Origin: Diplonema japonicum
Lineage: Eukaryota > Protista > Euglenozoa: Diplonemea
Assembly: GCA_964019335.1 (NCBI GenBank)
Contig: OZ025711.1
Location: forward strand, 248,001 to 311,895
Direction of reading: 5' to 3'
DNA length: 63,895 nucleotides
Shown: one piece after another, positions 53,872 to 63,895 of the stretch
Numbering within the stretch: the stretch's first letter is position 1
How the letters are laid out: each line of letters opens with the position of its first letter
Program-made: the position numbers and the translations under genes
Notes under the pieces: model-generated
What the model saw: the letters and a program-made list of their open reading frames with translations, nothing else
Database searches by the model: none
What the model was told of the DNA's origin: nothing

Positions 53872-56800
53872 TCACTGGCACGGGGCGTTGGGAGGGAAGA
53901 GGCTCTTGCAGTGGAAGCGAGTGTCCTCGACATGCAACTTGCGCCCTGCAGAGATGACCTGCCCGTAGATGCGCGACTTCTCGATCTCGAGCCTGACGCC
54001 CTCATCCTGCGTCACAAGGGTCCCGTGCAGGGTCACGTTCTTCATAAGCATGTTGGTGTCGTGGTGGCCCTTCCAGTAGGAGCTCCAGTGCCAGTCGTTG
54101 TGGTCGTTGTCCTCGTGGTGGTGGTGGTGGTGGTTGTGGTGCCAACCCCACCAGTGGTGGATGTACTTGCACTCCCTCTCCCTCTGTCGGTCGTCGTGGC
54201 TCTCGCAAACCTGCTTCATGTTGTAGACAGTGAAGGGTGCTCCGAGGGACCTCCCCTCGAACACGGTGTCCCTCAGGGTGTCCAGCCTGTGGTCCAGATG
54301 CCCGTACTCGATGTTCAGGATGACCCAACCAGAGGCCCTCACAGTCATCGTGGGCTTCGGGTCCGTGACCCACTCGCCCTCGTCGTCGTCGTCGTTGCTG
54401 CTGCTGCCGCTGTCGTCGCCACCGTTGTTCCTGTTGGGCGGCTGGTGGTGGTGGACGCGCCTTGGGTGCGGCGTGGGGATGAGCCATTCGTTCCCGGCGA
54501 CCGCGAAAACGTTGTACAGGTCGCCGTCCCCCTCCAGCTGCATGTTGTTCCCGTTGTCGACAACGACGCTCGTCGTGGTGTCCGGCGTCAGCAACTCCAC
54601 CTCGCAGCGGGACTGGTTCTGGTCGGGGCAGCTGATCTTCATGGCACCCGTGCGGAGGGGCGGAAGGCTCAGGAGCGCCTCAGAGAAATCGGTGATGTTG
54701 TCGGTGGCGCTTCCTGCCCTGAGCTCCGGGACAGGTGCGTCGCAGTGGTCCGCAAGCGGCTCAACGCTGCCAGCGACAACCCTGTTCGCGACACTCCTCT
54801 TCAAGACGACGTCCTCGACGGAGCCGACCTCCCCGACGGTCGTGTTCTCCAGGTGCACCTCCCCGACGGAGAAGGCCTGGAACTGCGTCGCGTTCCCGAT
54901 CTCTCCGATCCCGCCCTGCGAGCGGGGGTGCTGCACGCGCACCACCTGCTCCCAGGTCGCCGTCGTCTCGCAGTGGTCCCGCGTGGTCCACCTCCTCGTC
55001 ACAGCGGCGAGCCCCTCGCTGCAGCTCTGTGCGTCGCTGTGGAAGTCGAAGGCAACGTCCGCGTACTCCAGCTTCACCGGGTAGGACACGAGGTTCAGGG
55101 CCGCCATGTCCGGGTGGGTCGCGATGTCCTCCACGAGGGGCACCCCTGTCGCAGAGGGCCCGTAGTCAGACAAGAAGTGCACGAACTGGTCCTCCGCGGG
55201 GGTTTGGATGAACTGCGGGGGGAACAGGTCCTCGACTGTGATGTTTTGCACCCGCGTCTCCGTAAGGGAGTCCGGGTAGGCGGCGTCGAAGCCCTCGCCG
55301 CAATCCGCGTAGTGCGGCTGCACCTTCCATGTCCTCTCGATCACCCACACCCCGCACGACACGAGCACGGGCTCTGCGTCCTTGAAATCGATGCTGAAGG
55401 GCGTCCCGCAGTAGGCCTCCCCGGTCGGTGTCCCCAGCCCGCTCGAGGGCGCGAGGGAGTGCGTGGTGTTGATCGTCGCGTCCTCCGGGAAGGTCACGAA
55501 CCGCGGCTTCACCGAGTGCACCGCCTCCGTGTAAACCACCGACGCGTCCGGCAGGATCCTCCTGCACCCGTCCTCCGTCCACGCATCCGCGGCGGTGCAC
55601 GCATTCGTCGCCGTCGCCGAGTCGTCCAGCGGCTTGAAAGACTTCACGCCCCCGACCACCTGCTTCCCTGCGTGGCACGCATCCGCAAGCTGGCTTGTCC
55701 CGACAGAGAACGCGAAGAAGCGCCTCTCTGCCTCCACCCACGGCTGCGTCGCCATCAGCGTCGTCGGCGGGTGCTGCACGGTCACCGTCTGCGAGAAGCT
55801 CCTGCTGTTCCCACACTTGTCGGTCGTGGTCCAGGTCCTCGTGTGCTGCGCAAGACCGCGCACCCTGCACGTCCCCTCGTCACCCGCCGCCGCCGACTGC
55901 CTCACAAGGGGCCCGTCCTCGGACCTCGTCGTCGTCGGCTCCGCCACCAGGTTCATCCCCGCGAAGTCGGCGTGCGTCTGCTCCTCCGTCAGGGGGATCG
56001 GGTTCGTCTCTGCCCGGAAGTTCTCGAAGAAGGGGACAACAACCGCCGCCTCGGGGGTGAAGGTGAAGACAGGCGCCGTCTCGTCCACGATCGTGATGGT
56101 CTGGATCCTGCTGCTGCTGTCTGCGAAGGTTCCCGTGCACACCGCCTCGGAGAAGTATGGCACGATCGTCCACTTCCTCTCGATGGTCCACTTCCCGCAC
56201 GCCCCCTCCACAGGCTTCGGCTCGCTGTCCACCGAGAGGATGTCGAACTCCTGCTTGCAAGCGGACGACCCTTCCGCGATCCCCAGCACCGCCGGGTCCA
56301 GGGTCTGTTGCGTGTTGATGGTGACGTCCGCCGGGACCGACGCGAACACGGGGGGTGCAGGTTCCACCGTGATGACCTGCTTCACCTCGTTGGAGCGGCC
56401 CCCGCACGAGGGGCTGTCCTGTAGCTGCCACACCACCTCCAGGAAGTAGGTCCCGCAGACCCTGTTCGGGAACTGCGACGTCGGGAGCGTCGACTTCCTC
56501 AGCATCACAACCTGCGCGCCCGAGGTGCACGCGGGGTCGATGTCCCCCACCTTCGGCTTCAGGCTGTCCAGGTTGATCGGTTGGTCGCAGCGGAACGTGT
56601 ACGAGGTCGCGGGTTCCAGGACAGGGGTGCGGCGCATCTCCAGGTTCGCCTCGCTGCTGATGTCGGTCCCCATCCCGCCCTGCTTCTCCAGCGCCTTGTC
56701 CTTCATCGCCGTCACCATCCTGTTCTTCGTGTTCTCCACGCTTGCGTCGTAGGTCGCCTGGTTGCTGAAGTCGTAAGGCATGTCCGTGAGCGACACCGTC

Positions 56801-59800
56801 GACTCCGAGCCGGACAGCCCGCCGCCCGACCCGCTCCCGCCGTACTGCTGCACCCCGCCGCTGAAGCCGCCAGACGCAGCCGCCGCATTCGATCCGAACG
56901 GCACAGACACCGTCGACTTCTGCAGCGACGGCATCGGGACCGCTGTCCCCGCGTCGATGCTCTCCAGCCCGGGGTTGATCGCCTTCGAGTCGTCGATGAC
57001 GCCCCTCTTCTTCGACATGTCATCGGACTTCGTCTTCACCTCCGCAGCGGCGAGGGCCACCTCCTCCATGCAATCGGGTTCCGGGTACTTGCTCCCTGAC
57101 TTCGTGCTGCAGGTCTTCCCGAAGGCGCACAGCCCGTGGCACCAGCACTCCTTCCACTGCTCCTTCACGTACTTGCACCCGTACTCATTATCCGCCCCGC
57201 CCGCATCCACGATCTTGTGCCCTTCCCTACTGAAGATCCCGATCGCGCTCCCGAAGGACTGCGCCGCCCCCTCGAAGTCCCCGTTCAGGAGCTTCTCACC
57301 GGCCTCCACGATCTTCCCGAGGACCGGAACCTTCTTCAGAGCCCCCACCACGTCCGCGATCACGTCCTCGATGCTGCTCAAGAAGGCGCCAACAGCGTTC
57401 TTGATGGCGCTCAGGGCGCCGTTGAAGACGTTCTGCACCCCCTGCCACAAGGCCTGCACCTTCCCCTCCACGAAGTTCCACGCAGCCGTCGCCGCCTGCG
57501 CCACCGCCTTGCACGCTGTGTTGATCCCGTCCACAATGGCCTGCCCCACGTCCCCCAGGGACACCGACACCGAGATGTCGAACTCCGAGTCCTCGAACTT
57601 CGAGGCGAGCGAGGCATGCCCGCTCACCGTCGTCTCCACGAGCGCCACGTCCAGGGTCACCGCGAAGTCGATGTCGTTCCCGTTCACCTCCACCTTCGCC
57701 GCGAGGTTCACGAACAGGACCTGAATATTGCACTGGAAGACGGCGTACGGGACCGGGGCGTTCGTGTCGTACATGAAGAGCACCTGCTTGATCTTCACCA
57801 CCTCCAGGAAGTTCATGTCCCGCAGCTCCATCCTGAAGAAGGTGAGGTCCCAGTTCCAGGTCACGTTCACGTGCGAGGACAGCGCCCCGCCGAACAGGTC
57901 GATCCCCGCTGTGAAGGAGAAGACGTCCGCATTCAGGGTCACGTTCAGGTAGCCGTACGAGTTCAGCATCGGGATGTCGAAGGCTCCCCCGATGTCGATC
58001 AGGGCGCTCGGCGACGGCGCCACCTGCAGGTCCACCAAAAACTTCGCCCCGCCCACCGCCACCTTGTTCTCCAGACGGTTCCCGATCCGCATCTTGAACC
58101 CTCCGATGTTCAGGTCCACCGGGTCCATCCAGGCGCTGATGTAGAAGCGCGTCTTGCTCACCGCGAGGTCGATCGCGATCTCCCAGCCGAGGAAGTTCAG
58201 GCGCCCCTGCAGGGCGACCCCCGCAGGGATCACCACGTCCCCGCTCCTGAAGGCCAGCCTCTGCTCCTTGATAGGACTGAAGGAGAAGAATGCGAAGCAC
58301 TCCAGGTCCAGCGTCGTCTCGTTCGCGTAGCCGTCCAGCTGCCCCGCGCACTTCGTCTTGTAGTTTTTGTCGTAGGGGTAGATCCCCGACTCCGAGAGCT
58401 TCCCGGGGATGGACACCGTGTCCAGGGCGGGGACGTACTCCGACACGAGGTCGATGACCCCGCCGATGGTGAGCTCCGACACCATCGCGATGAAGAAGTT
58501 GTCCTCGGGGAGGGTCGCGCTAATCCCGACATAGGTGCGCCCCTCGATAAAGGGCTGCGTGTTCGTTTTGCAGTTGCTCTCCTTCCCGAGACACACCGCC
58601 CCGCCCAAGGTGAACCCGGTGGGGAGCGGGGACTTCAGGTCCCACTCCGCCCCGAGCGTGACGTCCCCGATGTGGAGGAAGGGGAGCGCCAGGGCGCGGT
58701 ACCACCACCCGTCCATGGTGAGGGTCCCGCGCACAAGCTGCGCCGTCGGGCTCACCACCAGCGACAGGTCCCCGATGAGGTACAGGAAGTAGCGGTTCGC
58801 GTACGGCTCCGAGCAGCGCTCCACGCAGATCTTCAGCGGGATGTTCACCCCGAGGCTCTGCGTCGGGACCCCCCCGAACACGTGCTCGAACTGGATGTAG
58901 ATGCTCATCCCGAGGGTCCCCGCCGTGTTCACGACCGCGAAGTTGCTCTCCGACGTGTCCGGGTCCGTCCCCACACGCAGCTCCAGTACAGCTGACCCGG
59001 TGAACTGCAGCTCCGCACTTGCCGACACCCGGAAGCTCCCCGCGACGTCCGCGATCACCTCCAGGAAGTCTCCTTGCATCACATCCGGGAGCTTCGGCGA
59101 CCCAATCGCGTACAGCTTCACCCCCGTCGTCGTCGCCGCGAGGGCGAGCTTCGTGTCCTGGATCCCGAAGGACAGCACGGGCGACAGGATCGAGTCCAGG
59201 GCGTTCGCCACGTCCCTGTCGAAGTTGCTCGTCACCAAATAGGCAACGTTCGCCATCGTGATCTGGTCCACCCACACACCTGCCTCCACCCCGTTGCAGG
59301 TCGCAGGCTGCCCGATCCTCCCCACCCCTGAGATCGACGTCGTCGGGGTCGGGTTGCTGCACGCACCGAGGCAGAAGGGCATCGAGATCTCACCCTCTTG
59401 CACAACCGGCTTCAAGAGCTTCAGGAAGTTGTTGAAGTCCGTCGTCGCGTCCAGGAGCTCCCTGGTGCTGCTGCCGCGGACGCTGGATGCCGGGGCGCTC
59501 GTGTCCGGGGCGTTGGTGTCCGGAGCGTTGGTGGCCGGGGGGTTCGTAGGGGGAGCGTTGGTTGGGGGTGCGTTGGTTGCAGGAGCGTCCGTGGGAGGGG
59601 CAGCGGAAGGCACAGCGGTAGGGGGCGGCCCAGGCGGGCTCTTGGTGTTCACGGGGCAGGTCGACGGGTCGTAGACCAAGCTTTCCCCCTTCACGATGGA
59701 GTCCGCCAGCGTTGCCGCCATCCCGAAGTTGAACCCGATCCCAGACCACTTGTTCCCCGCCGCGTCCGTGATGGTAGCCGCCTTCTGCTCCTTCCAACCA

Positions 59801-61299
59801 GTTATCAAGTCTTTCAGCGATGTCTGAACCAAACCCTTCAGCCCGTCGATGGCCCCGCTGATCTTTCCAATCACATCCGCGGTCGTAAGGTCCTTGGGGA
59901 TCTCCACCGATTTCACCGTCAGCCCGAAACCCCCGAACTTCACATCGCCCCACCAAGTGTCTCTGTCCACCTTCTCGAAACACCTCCAATGCGGGTGCGT
60001 CAACACGATCGTCACCCCCTCGATACCGGTCGCCGCCTGCACGATGTTCGGCATGTCCATCCCGACAGTGAAGGCGAAACCGCTGTAAGCCCCGGCGTTC
60101 GCGAACCAGTCCACCGAGAGCGCCACCTCGAACTGCGTGTGGGCGAACCACCCCTTCTTCTCCGTTGGCGCTGCCGCAAGCTCCTTCGCTTCCCTCCTCT
60201 TCCCCTGGAGCGACCTCCTGTTTTTGTTCGTCGTCTCGGGCACACACATCCCGCTCGTCCCGCAGACCTCGTCCAGCCCACAGTCGTTGTCGGATGCGCA
60301 TTCAGGCGCGCAGTTCCCGTTCAGGCACCTCTCGTCCAGCCCGCAGTCGTTGTCGGAGGTACACGGGTCACCGGTGGGGACCGGGGTAGGGACAGGTGTG
60401 GGAACAGGAGTAGGGACGGGAGTAGGAACAGGTGTTGGAACAGGTGTTGGAACAGGTGTTGGAACAGGTGTTGGAACAGGTGTTGGAACAGGTGTTGGAA
60501 CAGGTGTTGGAACAGGTGTTGGAACAGGTGTTGGAACAGGGGTGGGAACCGGTGTGGGGATAGGAGTTGGCACCACTGGTGCAGGGGTCCATTCCCAATT
60601 CACCCCGACACCCCACCCAAGACCAACTCCCCCGAAGAGGTGGCTGTACCAGTCGGCGCTCGGGGCAGTGTCCACCCCAGTGCTCGCCGCGATCCCTGCC
60701 GAGGGGGTGAACGAGAAGCTCCCCTTCCTCAAGCGCGTGTAGGAGACGCTGAAGCCAACTGTCACCGTGAAGAGCGGGCATTGAAACGCTGTCTGGTCGC
60801 AGTTCCTGCTGAGGACCGCACCACGGCGCCCGCTCCTCTGCAGGTGGTTCTCCCGCGCTTCGAGGATGAGGGCCTTCCTGCTGGCCGAGGCGACCGAAGC
60901 GTTGCACTGCCCTGCGAAGGCATTGACGTACGGCATCAGCGTGCTCCCGAGGTTCGAGAGCTCTTCCGTGTAGGACGTCATGTCGTTTCCTTCGAAGAAG
61001 GCGATCATCTCGTCCGCACCGGCCATCGCCGTATCCTTCAGGTTGTTCAGCTGCTCCAGGTTCTCCACCATCGCCTCCACCTCGTCCTTCACCCCGAGGG
61101 CCTCCACCAGCTGCTTCCCCGTGTTCGTGAGGGCATCCGCCACCCCCCCTCTGTAGGCGTCTACCGTGTCCGCCAGCGACGACGCCAACGAGAACACCGT
61201 CAGAGGCTCCGAGGTCGTCGTCGTAGTCGGTGCAGTGTCCTGCGCCCCCGCCAGAAGCACCGTTGCCCCTAGCGCCAACAACGTGGCCAGCCTAACCAT
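53872..61299 (-). CDS. Giant secreted mosaic protein, copy 3 (2475 aa)
   Basis: As copy 1, with one fewer PTPV unit; DDSATATN allele. Confidence 0.92.
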   Translation of the reverse strand: MVRLATLLALGATVLLAGAQDTAPTTTTTSEPLTVFSLASSLADTVDAYRGGVADALTNTGKQLVEALGVKDEVEAMVENLEQLNNLKDTAMAGADEMIAFFEGNDMTSYTEELSNLGSTLMPYVNAFAGQCNASVASASRKALILEARENHLQRSGRRGAVLSRNCDQTAFQCPLFTVTVGFSVSYTRLRKGSFSFTPSAGIAASTGVDTAPSADWYSHLFGGVGLGWGVGVNWEWTPAPVVPTPIPTPVPTPVPTPVPTPVPTPVPTPVPTPVPTPVPTPVPTPVPTPVPTPVPTPVPTPVPTPVPTGDPCTSDNDCGLDERCLNGNCAPECASDNDCGLDEVCGTSGMCVPETTNKNRRSLQGKRREAKELAAAPTEKKGWFAHTQFEVALSVDWFANAGAYSGFAFTVGMDMPNIVQAATGIEGVTIVLTHPHWRCFEKVDRDTWWGDVKFGGFGLTVKSVEIPKDLTTADVIGKISGAIDGLKGLVQTSLKDLITGWKEQKAATITDAAGNKWSGIGFNFGMAATLADSIVKGESLVYDPSTCPVNTKSPPGPPPTAVPSAAPPTDAPATNAPPTNAPPTNPPATNAPDTNAPDTSAPASSVRGSSTRELLDATTDFNNFLKLLKPVVQEGEISMPFCLGACSNPTPTTSISGVGRIGQPATCNGVEAGVWVDQITMANVAYLVTSNFDRDVANALDSILSPVLSFGIQDTKLALAATTTGVKLYAIGSPKLPDVMQGDFLEVIADVAGSFRVSASAELQFTGSAVLELRVGTDPDTSESNFAVVNTAGTLGMSIYIQFEHVFGGVPTQSLGVNIPLKICVERCSEPYANRYFLYLIGDLSLVVSPTAQLVRGTLTMDGWWYRALALPFLHIGDVTLGAEWDLKSPLPTGFTLGGAVCLGKESNCKTNTQPFIEGRTYVGISATLPEDNFFIAMVSELTIGGVIDLVSEYVPALDTVSIPGKLSESGIYPYDKNYKTKCAGQLDGYANETTLDLECFAFFSFSPIKEQRLAFRSGDVVIPAGVALQGRLNFLGWEIAIDLAVSKTRFYISAWMDPVDLNIGGFKMRIGNRLENKVAVGGAKFLVDLQVAPSPSALIDIGGAFDIPMLNSYGYLNVTLNADVFSFTAGIDLFGGALSSHVNVTWNWDLTFFRMELRDMNFLEVVKIKQVLFMYDTNAPVPYAVFQCNIQVLFVNLAAKVEVNGNDIDFAVTLDVALVETTVSGHASLASKFEDSEFDISVSVSLGDVGQAIVDGINTACKAVAQAATAAWNFVEGKVQALWQGVQNVFNGALSAIKNAVGAFLSSIEDVIADVVGALKKVPVLGKIVEAGEKLLNGDFEGAAQSFGSAIGIFSREGHKIVDAGGADNEYGCKYVKEQWKECWCHGLCAFGKTCSTKSGSKYPEPDCMEEVALAAAEVKTKSDDMSKKRGVIDDSKAINPGLESIDAGTAVPMPSLQKSTVSVPFGSNAAAASGGFSGGVQQYGGSGSGGGLSGSESTVSLTDMPYDFSNQATYDASVENTKNRMVTAMKDKALEKQGGMGTDISSEANLEMRRTPVLEPATSYTFRCDQPINLDSLKPKVGDIDPACTSGAQVVMLRKSTLPTSQFPNRVCGTYFLEVVWQLQDSPSCGGRSNEVKQVITVEPAPPVFASVPADVTINTQQTLDPAVLGIAEGSSACKQEFDILSVDSEPKPVEGACGKWTIERKWTIVPYFSEAVCTGTFADSSSRIQTITIVDETAPVFTFTPEAAVVVPFFENFRAETNPIPLTEEQTHADFAGMNLVAEPTTTRSEDGPLVRQSAAAGDEGTCRVRGLAQHTRTWTTTDKCGNSRSFSQTVTVQHPPTTLMATQPWVEAERRFFAFSVGTSQLADACHAGKQVVGGVKSFKPLDDSATATNACTAADAWTEDGCRRILPDASVVYTEAVHSVKPRFVTFPEDATINTTHSLAPSSGLGTPTGEAYCGTPFSIDFKDAEPVLVSCGVWVIERTWKVQPHYADCGEGFDAAYPDSLTETRVQNITVEDLFPPQFIQTPAEDQFVHFLSDYGPSATGVPLVEDIATHPDMAALNLVSYPVKLEYADVAFDFHSDAQSCSEGLAAVTRRWTTRDHCETTATWEQVVRVQHPRSQGGIGEIGNATQFQAFSVGEVHLENTTVGEVGSVEDVVLKRSVANRVVAGSVEPLADHCDAPVPELRAGSATDNITDFSEALLSLPPLRTGAMKISCPDQNQSRCEVELLTPDTTTSVVVDNGNNMQLEGDGDLYNVFAVAGNEWLIPTPHPRRVHHHQPPNRNNGGDDSGSSSNDDDDEGEWVTDPKPTMTVRASGWVILNIEYGHLDHRLDTLRDTVFEGRSLGAPFTVYNMKQVCESHDDRQRERECKYIHHWWGWHHNHHHHHHEDNDHNDWHWSSYWKGHHDTNMLMKNVTLHGTLVTQDEGVRLEIEKSRIYGQVISAGRKLHVEDTRFHCKSLFPPNAPCQ
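60370..60578 (-). repeat. (PTPV)n minisatellite, copy 3
   Basis: 9 core units; lacks the variant GGAACAGGGGTA unit. Confidence 0.95.
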
Positions 61300-61309
61300 T
61301 TCCTTTTTG

Positions 61310-61340
<31 letters not shown>

Positions 61341-62248
61341 CTTTGAAACCTGTGTATTGATAGAGATGCAAAGCCCATGTAGACACAAACGAAATGAAAA
61401 AAGAAGAAAGAAATACCCCTATGGTGATGGGGTGTCAGCGGTGTAACCAGAAGATGTGTTTTCCGGTAAGAACGAAAGTATAAAAAAATATTTAAAAAAA
61501 ATAAAAATGATTCAAAAAAAAAAAAAAAAAAAAAAAGAAAAAAAGGATTGCAACCAACAAATGCTGCACTCTGCTATTTCGGGGGGTAACAAAAAAAAAA
61601 AAAGTGGGAACGGTCTTTTCTACTAAAAAAGGAAAAAGATAAGGGGGGGGAGAAGGAAGGGGGGAAATATGTGTGAGCGGGATAAGTTATATATATCTAC
61701 CGCTCAACCCATATGCCCTCTTCTTTTTTTTCCCCCTCCCCTTTTCTTGTTCGGTTAAGATCGCACCCAGGTCTACTTTTGTTTTCTTTTTTTTTTAAAT
61801 TCTTGTTCCCCATCCAGCAGAGGCTTCATCGGTACATCGTCTACATAAAGAAAAAAATATTCTTTTTTTTTTTAAAAAAAAAATATAAAATAGAAGAAAC
61901 AACAAGAGAGGAAGGAAAATAAGAAGGTCAAGGGGGGAAGAAGAAAAGAGGAATATAATATATAAGAGTTAAAGGAGGGTCTTTGTGAGACGCCCCAAGA
62001 AACAAATTAAGAAGGTGCCTTTTGTTGGGTTACTTACGACCCTTTTGTGGCGTGAAGGAAAAGGAAAGAAAAAAGAAGAAGAAGAGAAGGGGAAACATCG
62101 AGAAGAGAGAGAGAGAGAGAGAAAGAGAAAGAGGGAAAGAGAAAGAGTTTTTTTTTTTCTTTTTTCTTTCATTCATTCTTTCCCTCTTTTTTCTTTTTTT
62201 CTTTTTTTTCTTTTTCTGTTTTTGGTTTACAGAACTTCCTCAATATGA

Positions 62249-63895
62249 TCACTGGCACGGGGCGTTGGGAGGGAAGAGGCTCTTGCAGTGGAAGCGAGTG
62301 TCCTCGACATGCAACTTGCGCCCTGCAGAGATGACCTGCCCGTAGATGCGCGACTTCTCGATCTCGAGCCTGACGCCCTCATCCTGCGTCACAAGGGTCC
62401 CGTGCAGGGTCACGTTCTTCATAAGCATGTTGGTGTCGTGGTGGCCCTTCCAGTAGGAGCTCCAGTGCCAGTCGTTGTGGTCGTTGTCCTCGTGGTGGTG
62501 GTGGTGGTGGTTGTGGTGCCAACCCCACCAGTGGTGGATGTACTTGCACTCCCTCTCCCTCTGTCGGTCGTCGTGGCTCTCGCAAACCTGCTTCATGTTG
62601 TAGACAGTGAAGGGTGCTCCGAGGGACCTCCCCTCGAACACGGTGTCCCTCAGGGTGTCCAGCCTGTGGTCCAGATGCCCGTACTCGATGTTCAGGATGA
62701 CCCAACCAGAGGCCCTCACAGTCATCGTGGGCTTCGGGTCCGTGACCCACTCGCCCTCGTCGTCGTCGTCGTTGCTGCTGCTGCCGCTGTCGTCGCCACC
62801 GTTGTTCCTGTTGGGCGGCTGGTGGTGGTGGACGCGCCTTGGGTGCGGCGTGGGGATGAGCCATTCGTTCCCGGCGACCGCGAAAACGTTGTACAGGTCG
62901 CCGTCCCCCTCCAGCTGCATGTTGTTCCCGTTGTCGACAACGACGCTCGTCGTGGTGTCCGGCGTCAGCAACTCCACCTCGCAGCGGGACTGGTTCTGGT
63001 CGGGGCAGCTGATCTTCATGGCACCCGTGCGGAGGGGCGGAAGGCTCAGGAGCGCCTCAGAGAAATCGGTGATGTTGTCGGTGGCGCTTCCTGCCCTGAG
63101 CTCCGGGACAGGTGCGTCGCAGTGGTCCGCAAGCGGCTCAACGCTGCCAGCGACAACCCTGTTCGCGACACTCCTCTTCAAGACGACGTCCTCGACGGAG
63201 CCGACCTCCCCGACGGTCGTGTTCTCCAGGTGCACCTCCCCGACGGAGAAGGCCTGGAACTGCGTCGCGTTCCCGATCTCTCCGATCCCGCCCTGCGAGC
63301 GGGGGTGCTGCACGCGCACCACCTGCTCCCAGGTCGCCGTCGTCTCGCAGTGGTCCCGCGTGGTCCACCTCCTCGTCACAGCGGCGAGCCCCTCGCTGCA
63401 GCTCTGTGCGTCGCTGTGGAAGTCGAAGGCAACGTCCGCGTACTCCAGCTTCACCGGGTAGGACACGAGGTTCAGGGCCGCCATGTCCGGGTGGGTCGCG
63501 ATGTCCTCCACGAGGGGCACCCCTGTCGCAGAGGGCCCGTAGTCAGACAAGAAGTGCACGAACTGGTCCTCCGCGGGGGTTTGGATGAACTGCGGGGGGA
63601 ACAGGTCCTCGACTGTGATGTTTTGCACCCGCGTCTCCGTAAGGGAGTCCGGGTAGGCGGCGTCGAAGCCCTCGCCGCAATCCGCGTAGTGCGGCTGCAC
63701 CTTCCATGTCCTCTCGATCACCCACACCCCGCACGACACGAGCACGGGCTCTGCGTCCTTGAAATCGATGCTGAAGGGCGTCCCGCAGTAGGCCTCCCCG
63801 GTCGGTGTCCCCAGCCCGCTCGAGGGCGCGAGGGAGTGCGTGGTGTTGATCGTCGCGTCCTCCGGGAAGGTCACGAACCGCGGCTTCACCGAGTG
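62249..63895 (-). CDS. Giant secreted mosaic protein, copy 4 (C-terminal part only; 5' end outside the window)
   Basis: C-terminal ~548 codons match the other copies. Confidence 0.9.
   Translation of the reverse strand, partial: HSVKPRFVTFPEDATINTTHSLAPSSGLGTPTGEAYCGTPFSIDFKDAEPVLVSCGVWVIERTWKVQPHYADCGEGFDAAYPDSLTETRVQNITVEDLFPPQFIQTPAEDQFVHFLSDYGPSATGVPLVEDIATHPDMAALNLVSYPVKLEYADVAFDFHSDAQSCSEGLAAVTRRWTTRDHCETTATWEQVVRVQHPRSQGGIGEIGNATQFQAFSVGEVHLENTTVGEVGSVEDVVLKRSVANRVVAGSVEPLADHCDAPVPELRAGSATDNITDFSEALLSLPPLRTGAMKISCPDQNQSRCEVELLTPDTTTSVVVDNGNNMQLEGDGDLYNVFAVAGNEWLIPTPHPRRVHHHQPPNRNNGGDDSGSSSNDDDDEGEWVTDPKPTMTVRASGWVILNIEYGHLDHRLDTLRDTVFEGRSLGAPFTVYNMKQVCESHDDRQRERECKYIHHWWGWHHNHHHHHHEDNDHNDWHWSSYWKGHHDTNMLMKNVTLHGTLVTQDEGVRLEIEKSRIYGQVISAGRKLHVEDTRFHCKSLFPPNAPCQ

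Larger units (their letters stand above)
36354..63895. repeat. Head-to-tail tandem array of ~8.4-kb units (periods 8389, 8401, 8377 bp), at least 3.3 units, continuing past the window end
   Basis: Stop codons recur at 37082, 45471, 53872 and 62249. Intergenic sequence is repeated. Period differences equal multiples of the 12-bp minisatellite. Confidence 0.97.

Overview
Eukaryotic protist genomic DNA. Every credible gene lies on the minus strand as one directional cluster with short spacers and U-tract/AG acceptor-like sites. This suggests a euglenozoan with polycistronic transcription and trans-splicing; frequent cis-introns point to a diplonemid-like lineage (inference). There are three domains. 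(1) 1-26.5 kb: compact intronless genes, namely an acidic unknown protein, a bacterial-type amidohydrolase, a Ser/Arg-rich protein, exosome RRP40, a secreted purple acid phosphatase, a PH-like/Q-rich/SH3b-like protein, a Ser-less alpha/beta hydrolase and a degenerate 3709-aa dynein heavy chain. It also holds a 1251-bp Mutator-like element with TIRs and a 9-bp TSD, and a probable retroelement fragment. (2) 26.5-36.3 kb: a homopolymer-rich domain where I reconstructed three spliced genes the ORF track fragments or misses (NEK1-like kinase, SAM-RGG-KH-helicaseC protein, SmD2). Their 12 introns are tiny (31-59 nt) GT-AG introns, most with poly(A)/purine tracts instead of a polypyrimidine tract, and 11 of 12 are phase 0. 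The domain also contains a 56-aa membrane microprotein ORF and a TLC-domain gene. (3) 36.3 kb to the end: at least 4 near-identical ~8.4-kb tandem units, each encoding a ~2480-aa secreted mosaic protein. All domain and family calls are from motif recognition by eye, not database searches.
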